Assembly (NCBI GenBank): GCA_019746425.1
Contig: JAIERY010000185.1
Span: 1 to 41,590, forward strand
Length of the DNA stretch: 41,590 nt
Source: Cytophagaceae bacterium
Lineage (GTDB): Bacteria > Bacteroidota > Bacteroidia > Cytophagales > Cytophagaceae
Reading direction: 5' to 3'
Each line of letters begins with the position of its first letter. Position 1 is the first letter of the stretch. The position numbers and the translations under genes were made by a program. Shown in pieces: positions 20,801 through 29,728 of the stretch. The notes under the pieces are model-generated. The model saw only the letters and a program-made list of their open reading frames with translations. It was not told the origin of the DNA and made no database searches.

Positions 20801-21343
20801 GATGGTTATATGCAGCACTTTTTTTGGAATAGTTCGATAAATAAATGGTCACATGATGGGCTTGTTTCAAGCTGGTGGACACAAAGCACAAACTATAAAG
20901 TAGCCGGTAAAATATTGGTTAGTTCTATGGGTGTATTGTATAAAGGAGTAGATGGTAGAATGCAGCATTATTATTGGGATTACCCTTGCGAATATTTTGG
21001 AAGCGGAAAATTAAGTAACCCTAATTTTAATTTTCAGAATATGGGATCAGGAATATACAATAATGATGCAACCTCTATCGAAGAATTTTTATCGGCATAC
21101 CCTAATCCAAGTAATGAAATCCTTAATGTTGTTTTTCATGTATTAAATAAAGACGCAGATGTTAAACTGATTCTCTTGGACATATTCGGAAAAGAAATTT
21201 CAATCATTCATTCCAAACAATTTGAAACAGGCAAATTTTCAGAAACTATATCCACTAATAATTTACCGAATGGAATATATTTTCTTCGTTATATTAATAA
21301 CGATCAAATTATTCAAACAATTAAAATCAATATAAATCACTAA
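17894..21343 (+). CDS. T9SS-secreted DUF5060-like/GH-A clan (GH5-like) glycoside hydrolase with a propeller-like repeat module
   Basis: Signal peptide ending IFA-Q; N-terminal NPYDP...FISPTG...WRVRFSP; putative catalytic IINE and ITEYG; three 102-aa repeats; CTD AYPNPS...LPNGIYFL. Confidence 0.78.
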   Translation: MTKSFFIALIFVLAIRANTIFAQGTISSITNITSTNVPLYGKFEAGASLTKNFTNPYDPEIVSIDVQFISPTGKQYNVFGFYYQDYQRLSTSPFWNPIVTAQPWRVRFSPNEIGNWSYIIKVKENNNTITGISSARTFTCTNSSNPGFVSIASNKRYFNFSNGTSFFGIAQDMWSYGGVTSPNNCDPAPCPYACYSQYVYPKYQTWISNFSQNGGNLIRVWMSPTSFELEWPEDAINTNILGNYTPRQYRAYDLDAVFDLAVQNNVYIHLVVMNPDQLGTSFIDPGAVDNGWNGNPYKINIPLTNFGEFFTNSIAKKHFKNKLRYIQSRWGYSPTLANYEIINELDWINHAGMGSNAGNMSAWCNEMATFVKSLHPSHLTNVSFAIGHSGESSGINYLPTMDFTNGHSYSGDQNVEYQRTYFAQNNLNKFNKPFLITEYGFGGHNCWVSEISGQQDFHNTLWSSTFSGSSTTAFYFGADVKFMNSCWGGSVVKNYKPLNTFLQNETFNSSHHTFKPAGNALSVYNSYTPALNQNRPPDAPTFDINGFAPPSWGLDVDGTLIHTDYLVTDITTNDDRNIEVFALKNQNRVIGWVHNKNHYWYNLPHVADNGQIPNPCTYLNNAATSSYPNNITPLINKTLTISNLRCNGQYRIEWYSTQYNYDINNDGINDDGGIIPSLTTFQIANNGSLTINIPNLQPIELNQKPYAPDYGFKIIYQNNFGIQNGKWLHDYTDLWVTPSTTQAAAKPTGDYALSANGLDVFFQGSDGYMQHFFWNSLTNKWSHDGLVASWWTQSANYKVAGKILVSSTGVFYKGADGRMQHYYWNGLTWVHDYTDAWVTPASTQAAAKPIGDYVLSANGLDVFFHGADGYMQHFFWNSSINKWSHDGLVASWWTQSVNYKVAGKILVSSTGVFYKGADGRMQHYYWNGSTWVHDYTDAWVTPASTQAAAKPIGDYVLSANGLDVFFHGADGYMQHFFWNSSINKWSHDGLVSSWWTQSTNYKVAGKILVSSMGVLYKGVDGRMQHYYWDYPCEYFGSGKLSNPNFNFQNMGSGIYNNDATSIEEFLSAYPNPSNEILNVVFHVLNKDADVKLILLDIFGKEISIIHSKQFETGKFSETISTNNLPNGIYFLRYINNDQIIQTIKININH
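20072..20977 (+). repeat. Intragenic tandem repeat, 3 x 306 bp
   Basis: Units start at 20072, 20378 and 20684; units 2 and 3 are nearly identical in DNA. Confidence 0.95.
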
Positions 21344-21344
21344 A

Positions 21345-22274
21345 GTGAAAAAATGGATTCTAAAGGCGGTTGTTCAAAAGACAATATCATATCTGCCTTT
21401 TAGCAGCAGAATTAATTATTTTTTTCAAAAATATATTACAAAAGGAGTATTCTTATCCGATGAATATTTTTATGGCAGACTAATTCATGCCCGCGAACAC
21501 CTTAAGGGCTTTTCAATATATTCAAACATCGACATTCCCAATTCTTGTCTGGAATTGGGGACAGGTTGGTACCCTGTTGTTCCAATTAGTTTTTTTCTTT
21601 CCGGCGTAAAAAAAACTTATTCAGTTGATATATCTTTTCTTACTTCGAAAGAGAGAATAAAAAAAACCATAGAGAAATTTGTAGAAGCAGAGGAAAGAGG
21701 GCTTTTGATAGAATATGTACCAATTAAAAGTGAAAATTTTGAAATATTAGTCAAGCTTTTGAAAGAATATGATTCCCTATCTTTAGAACAAATACTGGAA
21801 AGTATTAACCTTATTTATTTGATAGAAGATGCCAGGAATTTATCGTTGCCTGATGAAAGTATTGATTTGATAAATTCAAACAATACATTTGAGCATATTT
21901 ATCCTGAAATATTAACCTTTATTATAAAAGATTTTAAAAGAGTATGTAAAAAGGGGGGAGTTATGTCGCATTTTATTGATATGACAGATCACTTTGCACA
22001 CTTCGATAAAAGTATAAATATATATAATTTTCTGCATTATTCAGACGCACAATGGAAGTGGATAGATAATAGTATTCAACCCCAAAGCAGACTCAGAATT
22101 GATGATTACAAAAGGATATATGAAAGTTTAGATATTTCTATTTCAGAGCAAAGTTATGAAGAAGGACAAATAGAGGAATTAAAAAAAATTAAACTAGATA
22201 AGAAATATCAAAACAAGCCTTTAGGAACTATTGTGATTAGCCATTGTCATTTTATCTCAAAAATGAAAGGATAA
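21345..22274 (+). CDS. Class I SAM-dependent methyltransferase-like protein
   Basis: LELGTG motif I, DARNL, IDLINSNNTFEHI and GGVMSHFID; GTG start 1 nt after the upstream stop. Confidence 0.75.
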   Translation: MKKWILKAVVQKTISYLPFSSRINYFFQKYITKGVFLSDEYFYGRLIHAREHLKGFSIYSNIDIPNSCLELGTGWYPVVPISFFLSGVKKTYSVDISFLTSKERIKKTIEKFVEAEERGLLIEYVPIKSENFEILVKLLKEYDSLSLEQILESINLIYLIEDARNLSLPDESIDLINSNNTFEHIYPEILTFIIKDFKRVCKKGGVMSHFIDMTDHFAHFDKSINIYNFLHYSDAQWKWIDNSIQPQSRLRIDDYKRIYESLDISISEQSYEEGQIEELKKIKLDKKYQNKPLGTIVISHCHFISKMKG

Positions 22275-22359
22275 TCAATATATATAGCATTACCGGTTTA
22301 ACAACCGCATTGGCCAAGTCCAACCACCCACTGTTCTCAAATATTATTTCGTTACCATC

Positions 22360-23670
22360 TTAATGTCCCAGCACCTGTCTTCGGTGTGCATCCAGCTTTA
22401 AGAATATAAAGACAAGTATTGTAAATGACCATAGTGAGCTGCCTCCGTAGCTGAAAAACGGTAAGGGAATTCCTACCACCGGCAAAATCCCGATAGTCAT
22501 TCCAATGTTAATGGTAAAATGAATGAAGATGATGCATGCTACACAGTAACCATAGGTTTTTGCAAATTTATCTCTTTGCCGTTCAGCAAGGAAAATAAGT
22601 CTCATCATAAAAAAAAGATAGAGTAGTATTAGCATGGAAGATCCAATCCAGCCATGTTCTTCTCCTACGGTACAAAAAATAAAATCAGTACTTTGCTCAG
22701 GCACATATTTTAGTTTCGTTTGAGTACCCTGGAGATATCCTTTTCCTATAAATTCACCTGAGCCAATAGCTATTTTGGATTGCTTGATATTATAACCCGC
22801 TCCTTTGGGATCAGATTCAGGATTAAATAGTATCATGATCCTTTTCTGTTGGTGAGGTTCAAGCTTATTATACACCATGTCTACGCTGAATACTACTATC
22901 ATGCAAGCCACACAAAATCCGGCTATGAGTCCTGCCCTGACTAAAATTTTTTTAATTTTTATATTTTTTCTTCTGAGCAGGGAAAATGCAACCATTGTTA
23001 CAATTATTATTGCTCCAATAATTGCAAGCGACTGCATAATGAGAATTTTATCCTGCAGTATAAGCGTTACTACAAAAAGCGTAGCTGATACAAAGCCCAA
23101 TATCAAGACCCAGGGTGACAGACCCTGACGGAAAAGCACCAGAATAAAGGCAGCAAAGACAAGCATTACACCTGTTTCATTCTGAAGACGAATAAGCGCT
23201 GCCGGTAGGCAAATTATTGCCAAGGCAATAAGCTTTGTTTTCAAATGCTCAAATTTTACATTGATCTGTCCAAGATATGCGGAGAGCGCCAGGGCAGTAG
23301 CAAATTTTGAAAATTCAGCTGGTTGTAATCTCAGTGTTCCTATCTCAAACCAGGATTTGGATCCTTTTACTTCTGTTCCGAAAAATATCGTAGCGATTAG
23401 CAGGAAAATAATCAAACCATAAATGATATAGGAAAATGCAGAGTAGAATTTATAATCCAATATAAAAACAGGAATTATGATAAGTACCAAAGCAGTAGCT
23501 ATCCAGACCAGCTGCTTGCCTGCATTGATATCAAAATTGAAAATGCTTTGTGAAGCAATCGGATTATAGTCGGCAGCATAAATATTCAGCCATCCTGCTG
23601 TAACAAGTAAAGCATACAGCATAATGGTAAGCCAGTCTACGTTCCGGTATATGCTATCTTCTTCTCTCAC
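22360..23670 (-). CDS. rodA: Rod shape-determining protein RodA
   Basis: LQPAEFSK, SKIAIGSG, VPEQSTDFIF and GIPLPFFSYGGSSL motifs; GTGA overlap with mrdA. Confidence 0.95.
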   Translation of the reverse strand: MREEDSIYRNVDWLTIMLYALLVTAGWLNIYAADYNPIASQSIFNFDINAGKQLVWIATALVLIIIPVFILDYKFYSAFSYIIYGLIIFLLIATIFFGTEVKGSKSWFEIGTLRLQPAEFSKFATALALSAYLGQINVKFEHLKTKLIALAIICLPAALIRLQNETGVMLVFAAFILVLFRQGLSPWVLILGFVSATLFVVTLILQDKILIMQSLAIIGAIIIVTMVAFSLLRRKNIKIKKILVRAGLIAGFCVACMIVVFSVDMVYNKLEPHQQKRIMILFNPESDPKGAGYNIKQSKIAIGSGEFIGKGYLQGTQTKLKYVPEQSTDFIFCTVGEEHGWIGSSMLILLYLFFMMRLIFLAERQRDKFAKTYGYCVACIIFIHFTINIGMTIGILPVVGIPLPFFSYGGSSLWSFTILVFIFLKLDAHRRQVLGH

Positions 23671-25496
23671 TGAATAGAGTCTCTGTTAACTGTTATGAAG
23701 TGTTTATTCAATATATATTTTTCCATATCAGGCCTGATGCTTGTAGTATCATTGAGATATTTTTCAATCATCAGGTTGGCAATAGGCGCTGCCCATGTGC
23801 CTCCGAAACCGGCATTCTCTACGAAAACAGCAATAGCTATTTTAGGGTTCTCTTTTGGAGCAAATGCAATAAATACCGCGTGGTCTTCTCCATGCGGGTT
23901 TTGTGCTGTGCCTGTTTTGCCGCATATGGTCAAACCTTTTATCTGGCTCCATGCTGCAGTACCTGCCAGTACCACCTGTTCCATTCCATCAATCACCACT
24001 TCATAATGTTTGGGGTCAACCATTGTATGGTGCTTTACCAGAAATTTTTCGGGTTTTCTTTTGTCCGGGCCGATTCCTTTTACCAGGTGTGGTGTATAAT
24101 AATATCCACGATTGGCTATGATGGCTGCCAGATTTGCCATTTGTATAGGAATGATGCCTATCTCTCCCTGTCCGATTCCTAAAGAATAGATGGTGGAAAA
24201 TTTCCATCTCAGGTCACCATATACTTTATCATAAAATTTGTTGCTGGGTATAATTCCTCCTTTTTCATTTGGAAGATCAACGCCAAGCTTTTTACCAAAG
24301 CCAAAACTTCTGATGCGTTCATACCACTGGTCAAAGCCAATTTCAGAATCTTTAAACTTATTAGGATTTTTATCCTGATTGATAATTTTTCTGAATACCT
24401 GGTAGTAATAAGGATTGCATGAAAATTGTATAGATCCTTTAACGTCCTGCGGGGAAGGGTGAGGGTGACAATTTACAACCTCCTTATTGCAGGCAAATAA
24501 TGTATTGCTATGTATTACTCCCATATCCAGCGCTATCAATGCCTGAGGCAATTTGAAAATCGAACCAGGGGGATACATCGCCATAAGAGGCCTGTTGAAT
24601 AAAGGCTTCAGAGAATCTTTTTGTAAGGCAGCGGCATTTTTGGAAAATTTTCTTCCGGTAAGCATGTTCGGATTATAAGAAGGGCTGGAAACGATTGCCA
24701 GAATTTCTCCTGTAGAAGGTTCAATGGCAACAATACCTCCTTTTTTATAAGCCATTAGTTGTTCTCCATATTTCTGAAGCTCAAGATCTATGCTGGTATA
24801 AAGATCCATTCCCGGTTCGGGAAGCGTATCATAATCTCCGTTTTTGAAGCGTCCTTTCAGGGCTCCTTTTCTGTCGACCATTATGAATCTTACCCCTTTT
24901 GTTCCTCTGAGGATTTTTTCATAATAAGATTCCAGACCGCTTATTCCGATATAATCTCCCTGAGAATAGTAAGGATCTTTTTGAGTTTCCAGTTGAAACC
25001 TGCTGATCTCGCCGATATACCCCAGCGCATTAGCCATTACATCATATGGATAAGATCTGATTGTTCTTGGCTGTGTGAAAAGACCTTTATACTCCAGGAG
25101 TAGTTCCTGTATCCTGGCATTTTCTACAAATGATAATTGCTTGATTAATGGTGTAGGACGGTTATAGGCAGCATCTCTTCTGATTTCTTTTATGACTTTC
25201 ATAAAGTCTTCCTTAGTGATGCCGAATTTATTGCAAAACTCAAGGGTATCTTTGATATCTGTTTCCCTTTGAGTCATCATCAGGTCAAAAACAGTTTTGT
25301 TTTCGACCAGGCGCTCTCCTTCTCTGGAATATATCAACCCGCGGAATGGATACTCAATAATTTTTCTTGCAGCATTCTGCTGAGCCAGCAGTTTGTATTC
25401 TGAGTCTAATACCTGGAGTTGGAAAAGGCGGACAATAAATATTATAGCAACAAGGATGAAAATCCCCTGAATAATATATTTGCGCTCTTTAATCAT
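23667..25496 (-). CDS. mrdA: Penicillin-binding protein 2
   Basis: PGSIFK (SxxK), SCN (SxN) and GKTGTAQ motifs; mre operon context. Confidence 0.95.
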   Translation of the reverse strand: MIKERKYIIQGIFILVAIIFIVRLFQLQVLDSEYKLLAQQNAARKIIEYPFRGLIYSREGERLVENKTVFDLMMTQRETDIKDTLEFCNKFGITKEDFMKVIKEIRRDAAYNRPTPLIKQLSFVENARIQELLLEYKGLFTQPRTIRSYPYDVMANALGYIGEISRFQLETQKDPYYSQGDYIGISGLESYYEKILRGTKGVRFIMVDRKGALKGRFKNGDYDTLPEPGMDLYTSIDLELQKYGEQLMAYKKGGIVAIEPSTGEILAIVSSPSYNPNMLTGRKFSKNAAALQKDSLKPLFNRPLMAMYPPGSIFKLPQALIALDMGVIHSNTLFACNKEVVNCHPHPSPQDVKGSIQFSCNPYYYQVFRKIINQDKNPNKFKDSEIGFDQWYERIRSFGFGKKLGVDLPNEKGGIIPSNKFYDKVYGDLRWKFSTIYSLGIGQGEIGIIPIQMANLAAIIANRGYYYTPHLVKGIGPDKRKPEKFLVKHHTMVDPKHYEVVIDGMEQVVLAGTAAWSQIKGLTICGKTGTAQNPHGEDHAVFIAFAPKENPKIAIAVFVENAGFGGTWAAPIANLMIEKYLNDTTSIRPDMEKYILNKHFITVNRDSIQ

Positions 25497-25502
25497 TTAT
25501 GA

Positions 25503-26024
25503 TCACTTATAATATTTGTTTCCGAGAAATAAATATTGAAATAACGTAAAGACCATTAAGGTAAATATTCCGCTTGCCAGAGATTTTCCAATTAGCTCGA
25601 AAAAAAGTTTTACCCCCCATAATTCCAGAATGAACAGAGTCAGATGATGTATAAAGATCATTACTCCGGCATACATGGTCATCCATTGAAAGCCAAGAGA
25701 GGGAATGGACACTGTAGTTCCTTTGTCGTAACCTCCTTTTGGCGTAAGGATATTAATTATATACGGTCTTATGTAGGCTATTAACACCGAAGCAGCCGCA
25801 TGAATTCCCAAAGTATCATAAAAAATGTCGATGGTCATGCCCAGCAAAAAGGCAATAAACAACAGCAAAAGCGCGGGTGTCTCAAAGGGCAGCAAAAGCA
25901 AAAATCCTATATAAATAAAGCATAAAGCATAATTGAACAAAGCCAGGTTTTTAAAAATAAGGATTTGAAACCCCAGGAAGAGGAAAAAGTATAAAACCAA
26001 ATAGATAATGTTGCTGCCTCTCAT
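25503..26024 (-). CDS. mreD: Rod shape-determining protein MreD
   Basis: 173-aa hydrophobic protein between mreC and mrdA; DIFYDTLGIHAAA. Confidence 0.85.
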   Translation of the reverse strand: MRGSNIIYLVLYFFLFLGFQILIFKNLALFNYALCFIYIGFLLLLPFETPALLLLFIAFLLGMTIDIFYDTLGIHAAASVLIAYIRPYIINILTPKGGYDKGTTVSIPSLGFQWMTMYAGVMIFIHHLTLFILELWGVKLFFELIGKSLASGIFTLMVFTLFQYLFLGNKYYK

Positions 26025-26860
26025 CTTACGATCGGGTCATTTTTATGTTGAAGTGAATCCTGTTCTGCTTCGAGTTTGTTTCCTATAATGTATACAAAGG
26101 ATAAAGAAGTAAAATCAGTCGATAGGTCAAGGCTTGCCTTCCAATAGGAGCCACCTTCCATTTTAAATTCTTTAACTTTTCCGATCATAATCCCTTCAGG
26201 AAAATAGCTGTCATAACCTGATGTGAATACGGTATCTCCTACAGCGATCTTTTGTTGCCTTGTAATATCCAGTAAGGCAGCTTCGTGGGGAGTTCTTCTG
26301 TCCCATTTCACATTACATTCAATATATTTTGTTTTGCTTTTGAGTTTTCCTGAAATAGTAAGATTGTCATGTAAAAGAGAGAATGCTGTGCTGTAATGGT
26401 CTGAGCATTTTTTTATTCTGCCTACAACGCCTTCTGAAGAAATTATTCCCATACCTTCTTTGACGCCATCAAGAGTCCCTTTATCAAGCGTAATATAATT
26501 AGTGAAATGCCCGGTTGAATTATTAATAACTCTGGCAGGAATGAAATAATATTTGTTAACCCTTAGAAAGTCGGAATTATTAGGGATGTTCAGATACTTT
26601 TTTTGCTGTTCGGCTGTAAGAAGCTGTCTCAGGCGGGCATTTTCTGAGGCAAGCTCCCTGTTGACTTGCTTTAATTCAAAATAACTCTGGACGTTTGATT
26701 TTACCTCAAGCACATTGCCTACATATCTGTTGGATGAGTTGAAAAACGCGGCGCCCTGATAATTATTATTGGATACTATAAGCCAAATCGAAACTGTCTC
26801 GAGTAAGACAAAAAACAGGAATGCCCTGTACTGGTAAAAAAATTCAAATAGCCGATACAT
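26021..26860 (-). CDS. mreC: Rod shape-determining protein MreC
   Basis: N-terminal TM segment, coiled coil (ENARLR), ITLDKG...GV and TSG...FPEGI motifs. Confidence 0.93.
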   Translation of the reverse strand: MYRLFEFFYQYRAFLFFVLLETVSIWLIVSNNNYQGAAFFNSSNRYVGNVLEVKSNVQSYFELKQVNRELASENARLRQLLTAEQQKKYLNIPNNSDFLRVNKYYFIPARVINNSTGHFTNYITLDKGTLDGVKEGMGIISSEGVVGRIKKCSDHYSTAFSLLHDNLTISGKLKSKTKYIECNVKWDRRTPHEAALLDITRQQKIAVGDTVFTSGYDSYFPEGIMIGKVKEFKMEGGSYWKASLDLSTDFTSLSFVYIIGNKLEAEQDSLQHKNDPIVR

Positions 26861-26865
26861 TGAAT

Positions 26866-26933
26866 GTTGGAGGTTGGATGCTGGAAGTTAGATTTGGTTA
26901 GCAATCTCCAACCTCTAACTTCCAACTTCTAAT
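26866..26933. repeat. Heptad-periodic hairpin (GAAGTTA/GAGGTTG type) between mreB and mreC
   Basis: GTTGGAGGTTGGATGCTGGAAGTTAG...CTCCAACCTCTAACTTCCAACTTCTAA; same type as 32101-32169. Confidence 0.75.
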
Positions 26934-27959
26934 TTAAGTCATTAATACTGCCTTGTATTTCGCGAGATCTTTGATTGCCATTCCGGTCCCTCTTACTACA
27001 GCTCTGAGCGGATCTTCTGCCACATGTATAGGCAATTTTGTTTTCATAGCAAGTCTTCTATCAAGTCCTCTTAATAGCGCTCCTCCTCCTGTTAAATGTA
27101 TGCCATTATCATAAATATCGGCAGATAGTTCGGGAGGTGAGATCTCCAATGCTTTTAAAACAGCTTCTTCAATTTTGGAAACTGATTTATCCAAAGCAAA
27201 GGCAATTTCTGAATAGGAAACCTTAATAACTTTTGGAATCCCTGTCATAAGATCTCTTCCGCGGATTTCATAATCTTCGGGAGGATTATCCAATTCTGTA
27301 AGCGCTGAGCCAACTTCTATCTTTACTCTTTCTGCTGTTCTTTCGCCGATAAGAAGATTGTGCTGTCTTCTCATATAATCGAGAATGTCTTTATTGAAAA
27401 CATCCCCTGCCACTCTTATAGACTGCTCACATACGATTCCTGATAATGCGATTACGGCAATTTCAGTTGTTCCACCCCCAATGTCAACAATCATTGACCC
27501 GACAGGCTGCTCTATGTCTATTCCTAATCCGATAGCAGCGGCAATAGGTTCGTGAATCATGTATACTTCTTTTGCCCCTGCATGCTCTGCAGAGTCCCTT
27601 ACCGCTCTCTTTTCTACTTCAGTGATACCAGATGGAATGCAGATCACCATTCTATGGGAAGTATTGAAAAATCTCTTTCCTCCCTCGATCATTTTGATCA
27701 TTCCTCTGATCATATGTTCTGCCGCATAGAAATCGGCAATTACGCCGTCTTTCAGCGGGCGGATGGTTTTTATATTTTCGTGAGTCTTTTCGTGCATTTG
27801 CATTGCTTCCCTGCCTATTGCCTTCACTTTTCCTGATATTTTGTCCAGGGCGATAATGGAAGGCTCATCCACTACAATTTTATCCTTATGAATAATCAAA
27901 GTATTCGCTGTTCCCAGGTCAATGGCAATGTCATTAGTGAAAAAATCAAAGAATCCCAT
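26934..27959 (-). CDS. mreB: Actin-like protein MreB
   Basis: IDLGTANT, RPLKDGVIAD, VDIGGGTTE and LTGGGALL motifs. Confidence 0.97.
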   Translation of the reverse strand: MGFFDFFTNDIAIDLGTANTLIIHKDKIVVDEPSIIALDKISGKVKAIGREAMQMHEKTHENIKTIRPLKDGVIADFYAAEHMIRGMIKMIEGGKRFFNTSHRMVICIPSGITEVEKRAVRDSAEHAGAKEVYMIHEPIAAAIGLGIDIEQPVGSMIVDIGGGTTEIAVIALSGIVCEQSIRVAGDVFNKDILDYMRRQHNLLIGERTAERVKIEVGSALTELDNPPEDYEIRGRDLMTGIPKVIKVSYSEIAFALDKSVSKIEEAVLKALEISPPELSADIYDNGIHLTGGGALLRGLDRRLAMKTKLPIHVAEDPLRAVVRGTGMAIKDLAKYKAVLMT

Positions 27960-28051
27960 GGTTGATTAATGGTTGATGAAAAATAAGATGCAATAAATAC
28001 TCTGAAATTTACAAATTTGTTTGAAATCTCAAGTCTTTGCTCAGTATATTT

Positions 28052-29572
28052 TTAATGTTTAAAATGTCTGATGCCGGTGAATACCATAGACATATTGTTT
28101 TTATCACAGTAGTCTATGGAATCCTGATCTTTAATAGATCCTCCTGGTTGTATTACGGCTTTAATTCCTGCATGGTTGGCTATTTCCACACAATCGGGAA
28201 AGGGGAAGAATGCGTCGGAAGCCATTACGGCTCCTTTAAGGTCAAATCCAAAGCTTTTTGCTTTTTCAATGGCCTGCTTCAGGGCATCTACACGCGAGGT
28301 CTGGCCAACGCCGCTGGATATCAACTGACCTTCTTTTGCAAAGACAATAGTGTTTGATTTAGTGTGCTTTACTATTTTATTCGCAAACAGGAGCGCTTTT
28401 TTTTCCAGTTCAGTGGGGGCAGATTTGGTTACGGTCTTAAGGTCTTCGAGAGTTTCTGTTTTAAGGTCTTTGTCCTGTTCTATTACTCCATTCAGCAGTG
28501 TTTTGAACTGCTTATTGGAAAGCTTTACAGGGTTTCGTTTTAAGATGATCCTGTTCTTTTTGGTTTTCAGCAATTCCACACTGTCTGCATCAAACTCAGG
28601 AGCAATGATTACTTCAAAAAATAATTTATTCAATTCTTCTGCGGTAGCTTTGTCCACCTTTGCATTGGTGATGATCACTCCTCCGAATGCTGAAACCGGA
28701 TCGGCTTCCAGCGCTTTCAGATAAGCTTCTTTTCCTGTTTTTGCGCAGGCTACTCCACAGGCATTGTTGTGTTTCAGAATGGCATAGGTAGTTTCTTTAA
28801 ATTCATCAATTAAAGCCACAGCGGCATCTATGTCCAGTAAATTATTATAAGATAATTCTTTTCCATTCAGCTTCTCAAACATTTTATCTAAGTCACCATG
28901 GAATACGCCAGTCTGGTGAGGGTTCTCTCCATAGCGTAAGGTCTGGGAATGCTGTATACTTTGCTTAAATTTATTAGGATCATTTCCTCTGAAGTAATTG
29001 AATATTGCTGAGTCATAGTGAGAAGAAGTATCGAATGCCAGTCCGGCAAACATTTTTCTGTCGCTCAGATCTGTACTGCCACCTTTCTCTTTGAGAATGT
29101 TTTCAAGTATTCCATACTGATCTCTGGATGAAATGATGACAACACTATTGAAATTTTTTGCCGCAGCCCTGATCAGGGAAATTCCTCCTATATCAATTTT
29201 TTCAATGATCGCCTGCTCGGAAGCTCCTGAAGCCAGTGTTTCTTCAAAGGGATAAAGATCCACTATCACCAGGTCTATCTCCGGGATTTCATATTCTGCA
29301 ATCTGACCTATATCCTCTTTTAATTCCCTTCTGAAAAGTATGCCACCGAAAATTTTTGGATGCAATGTTTTTACCCTTCCTCCAAGTATAGAAGGATACC
29401 CTGTCAGAGATTCAACAGATGAAACTTTCACTCCCTGCTCTTCTATAAACTGCTGCGTTCCTCCGGTAGAATATAGCTTTACTCCATGCTTATCCAGCAG
29501 TTTTACCAGTGTATCGAGGTGGTCTTTGTAATAGACTGAGATTAAGGCAGATTTTATTTTTTTGCGTTCCAT
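28052..29572 (-). CDS. purH: Bifunctional AICAR transformylase/IMP cyclohydrolase
   Basis: GGRVKTLHP, IDIGG, LRYGENPHQ, KHNNACG, ASDAFFPF and IRHFKH motifs. Confidence 0.97.
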   Translation of the reverse strand: MERKKIKSALISVYYKDHLDTLVKLLDKHGVKLYSTGGTQQFIEEQGVKVSSVESLTGYPSILGGRVKTLHPKIFGGILFRRELKEDIGQIAEYEIPEIDLVIVDLYPFEETLASGASEQAIIEKIDIGGISLIRAAAKNFNSVVIISSRDQYGILENILKEKGGSTDLSDRKMFAGLAFDTSSHYDSAIFNYFRGNDPNKFKQSIQHSQTLRYGENPHQTGVFHGDLDKMFEKLNGKELSYNNLLDIDAAVALIDEFKETTYAILKHNNACGVACAKTGKEAYLKALEADPVSAFGGVIITNAKVDKATAEELNKLFFEVIIAPEFDADSVELLKTKKNRIILKRNPVKLSNKQFKTLLNGVIEQDKDLKTETLEDLKTVTKSAPTELEKKALLFANKIVKHTKSNTIVFAKEGQLISSGVGQTSRVDALKQAIEKAKSFGFDLKGAVMASDAFFPFPDCVEIANHAGIKAVIQPGGSIKDQDSIDYCDKNNMSMVFTGIRHFKH

Positions 29573-29653
29573 TGATTTAAAAAATTAGGATGTAAAAGTA
29601 GGTATTTTTGAGGAGTCCCGGCAAATGACCGGACGGATTGTGGATATATTTTT

Positions 29654-29728
29654 AGTGGGCAAATGGCAGTTGGCAATACGCAAATAGTAGGACAGGTTTT
29701 CTTGCCAATTGCCTACTGCCAATTGCCT
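29654..29728. repeat. Heptad-periodic hairpin (TTGGCAG type) overlapping the purN stop
   Basis: TGGCAGTTGGCAATACGCAA...TTGCCAATTGCCTACTGCCAATTGCC; 19/20 identical to 2011-2030. Confidence 0.75.

Noticed and set aside
20072..20977. 306-bp repeats as a CRISPR array or DGR template/variable repeats; the repeated antisense ORFs at 20313 and 20619
   Set aside because: The repeats are contiguous and in frame with no spacers, there are no cas or reverse transcriptase genes, and differences are mostly synonymous. The antisense ORFs simply mirror the repeat.
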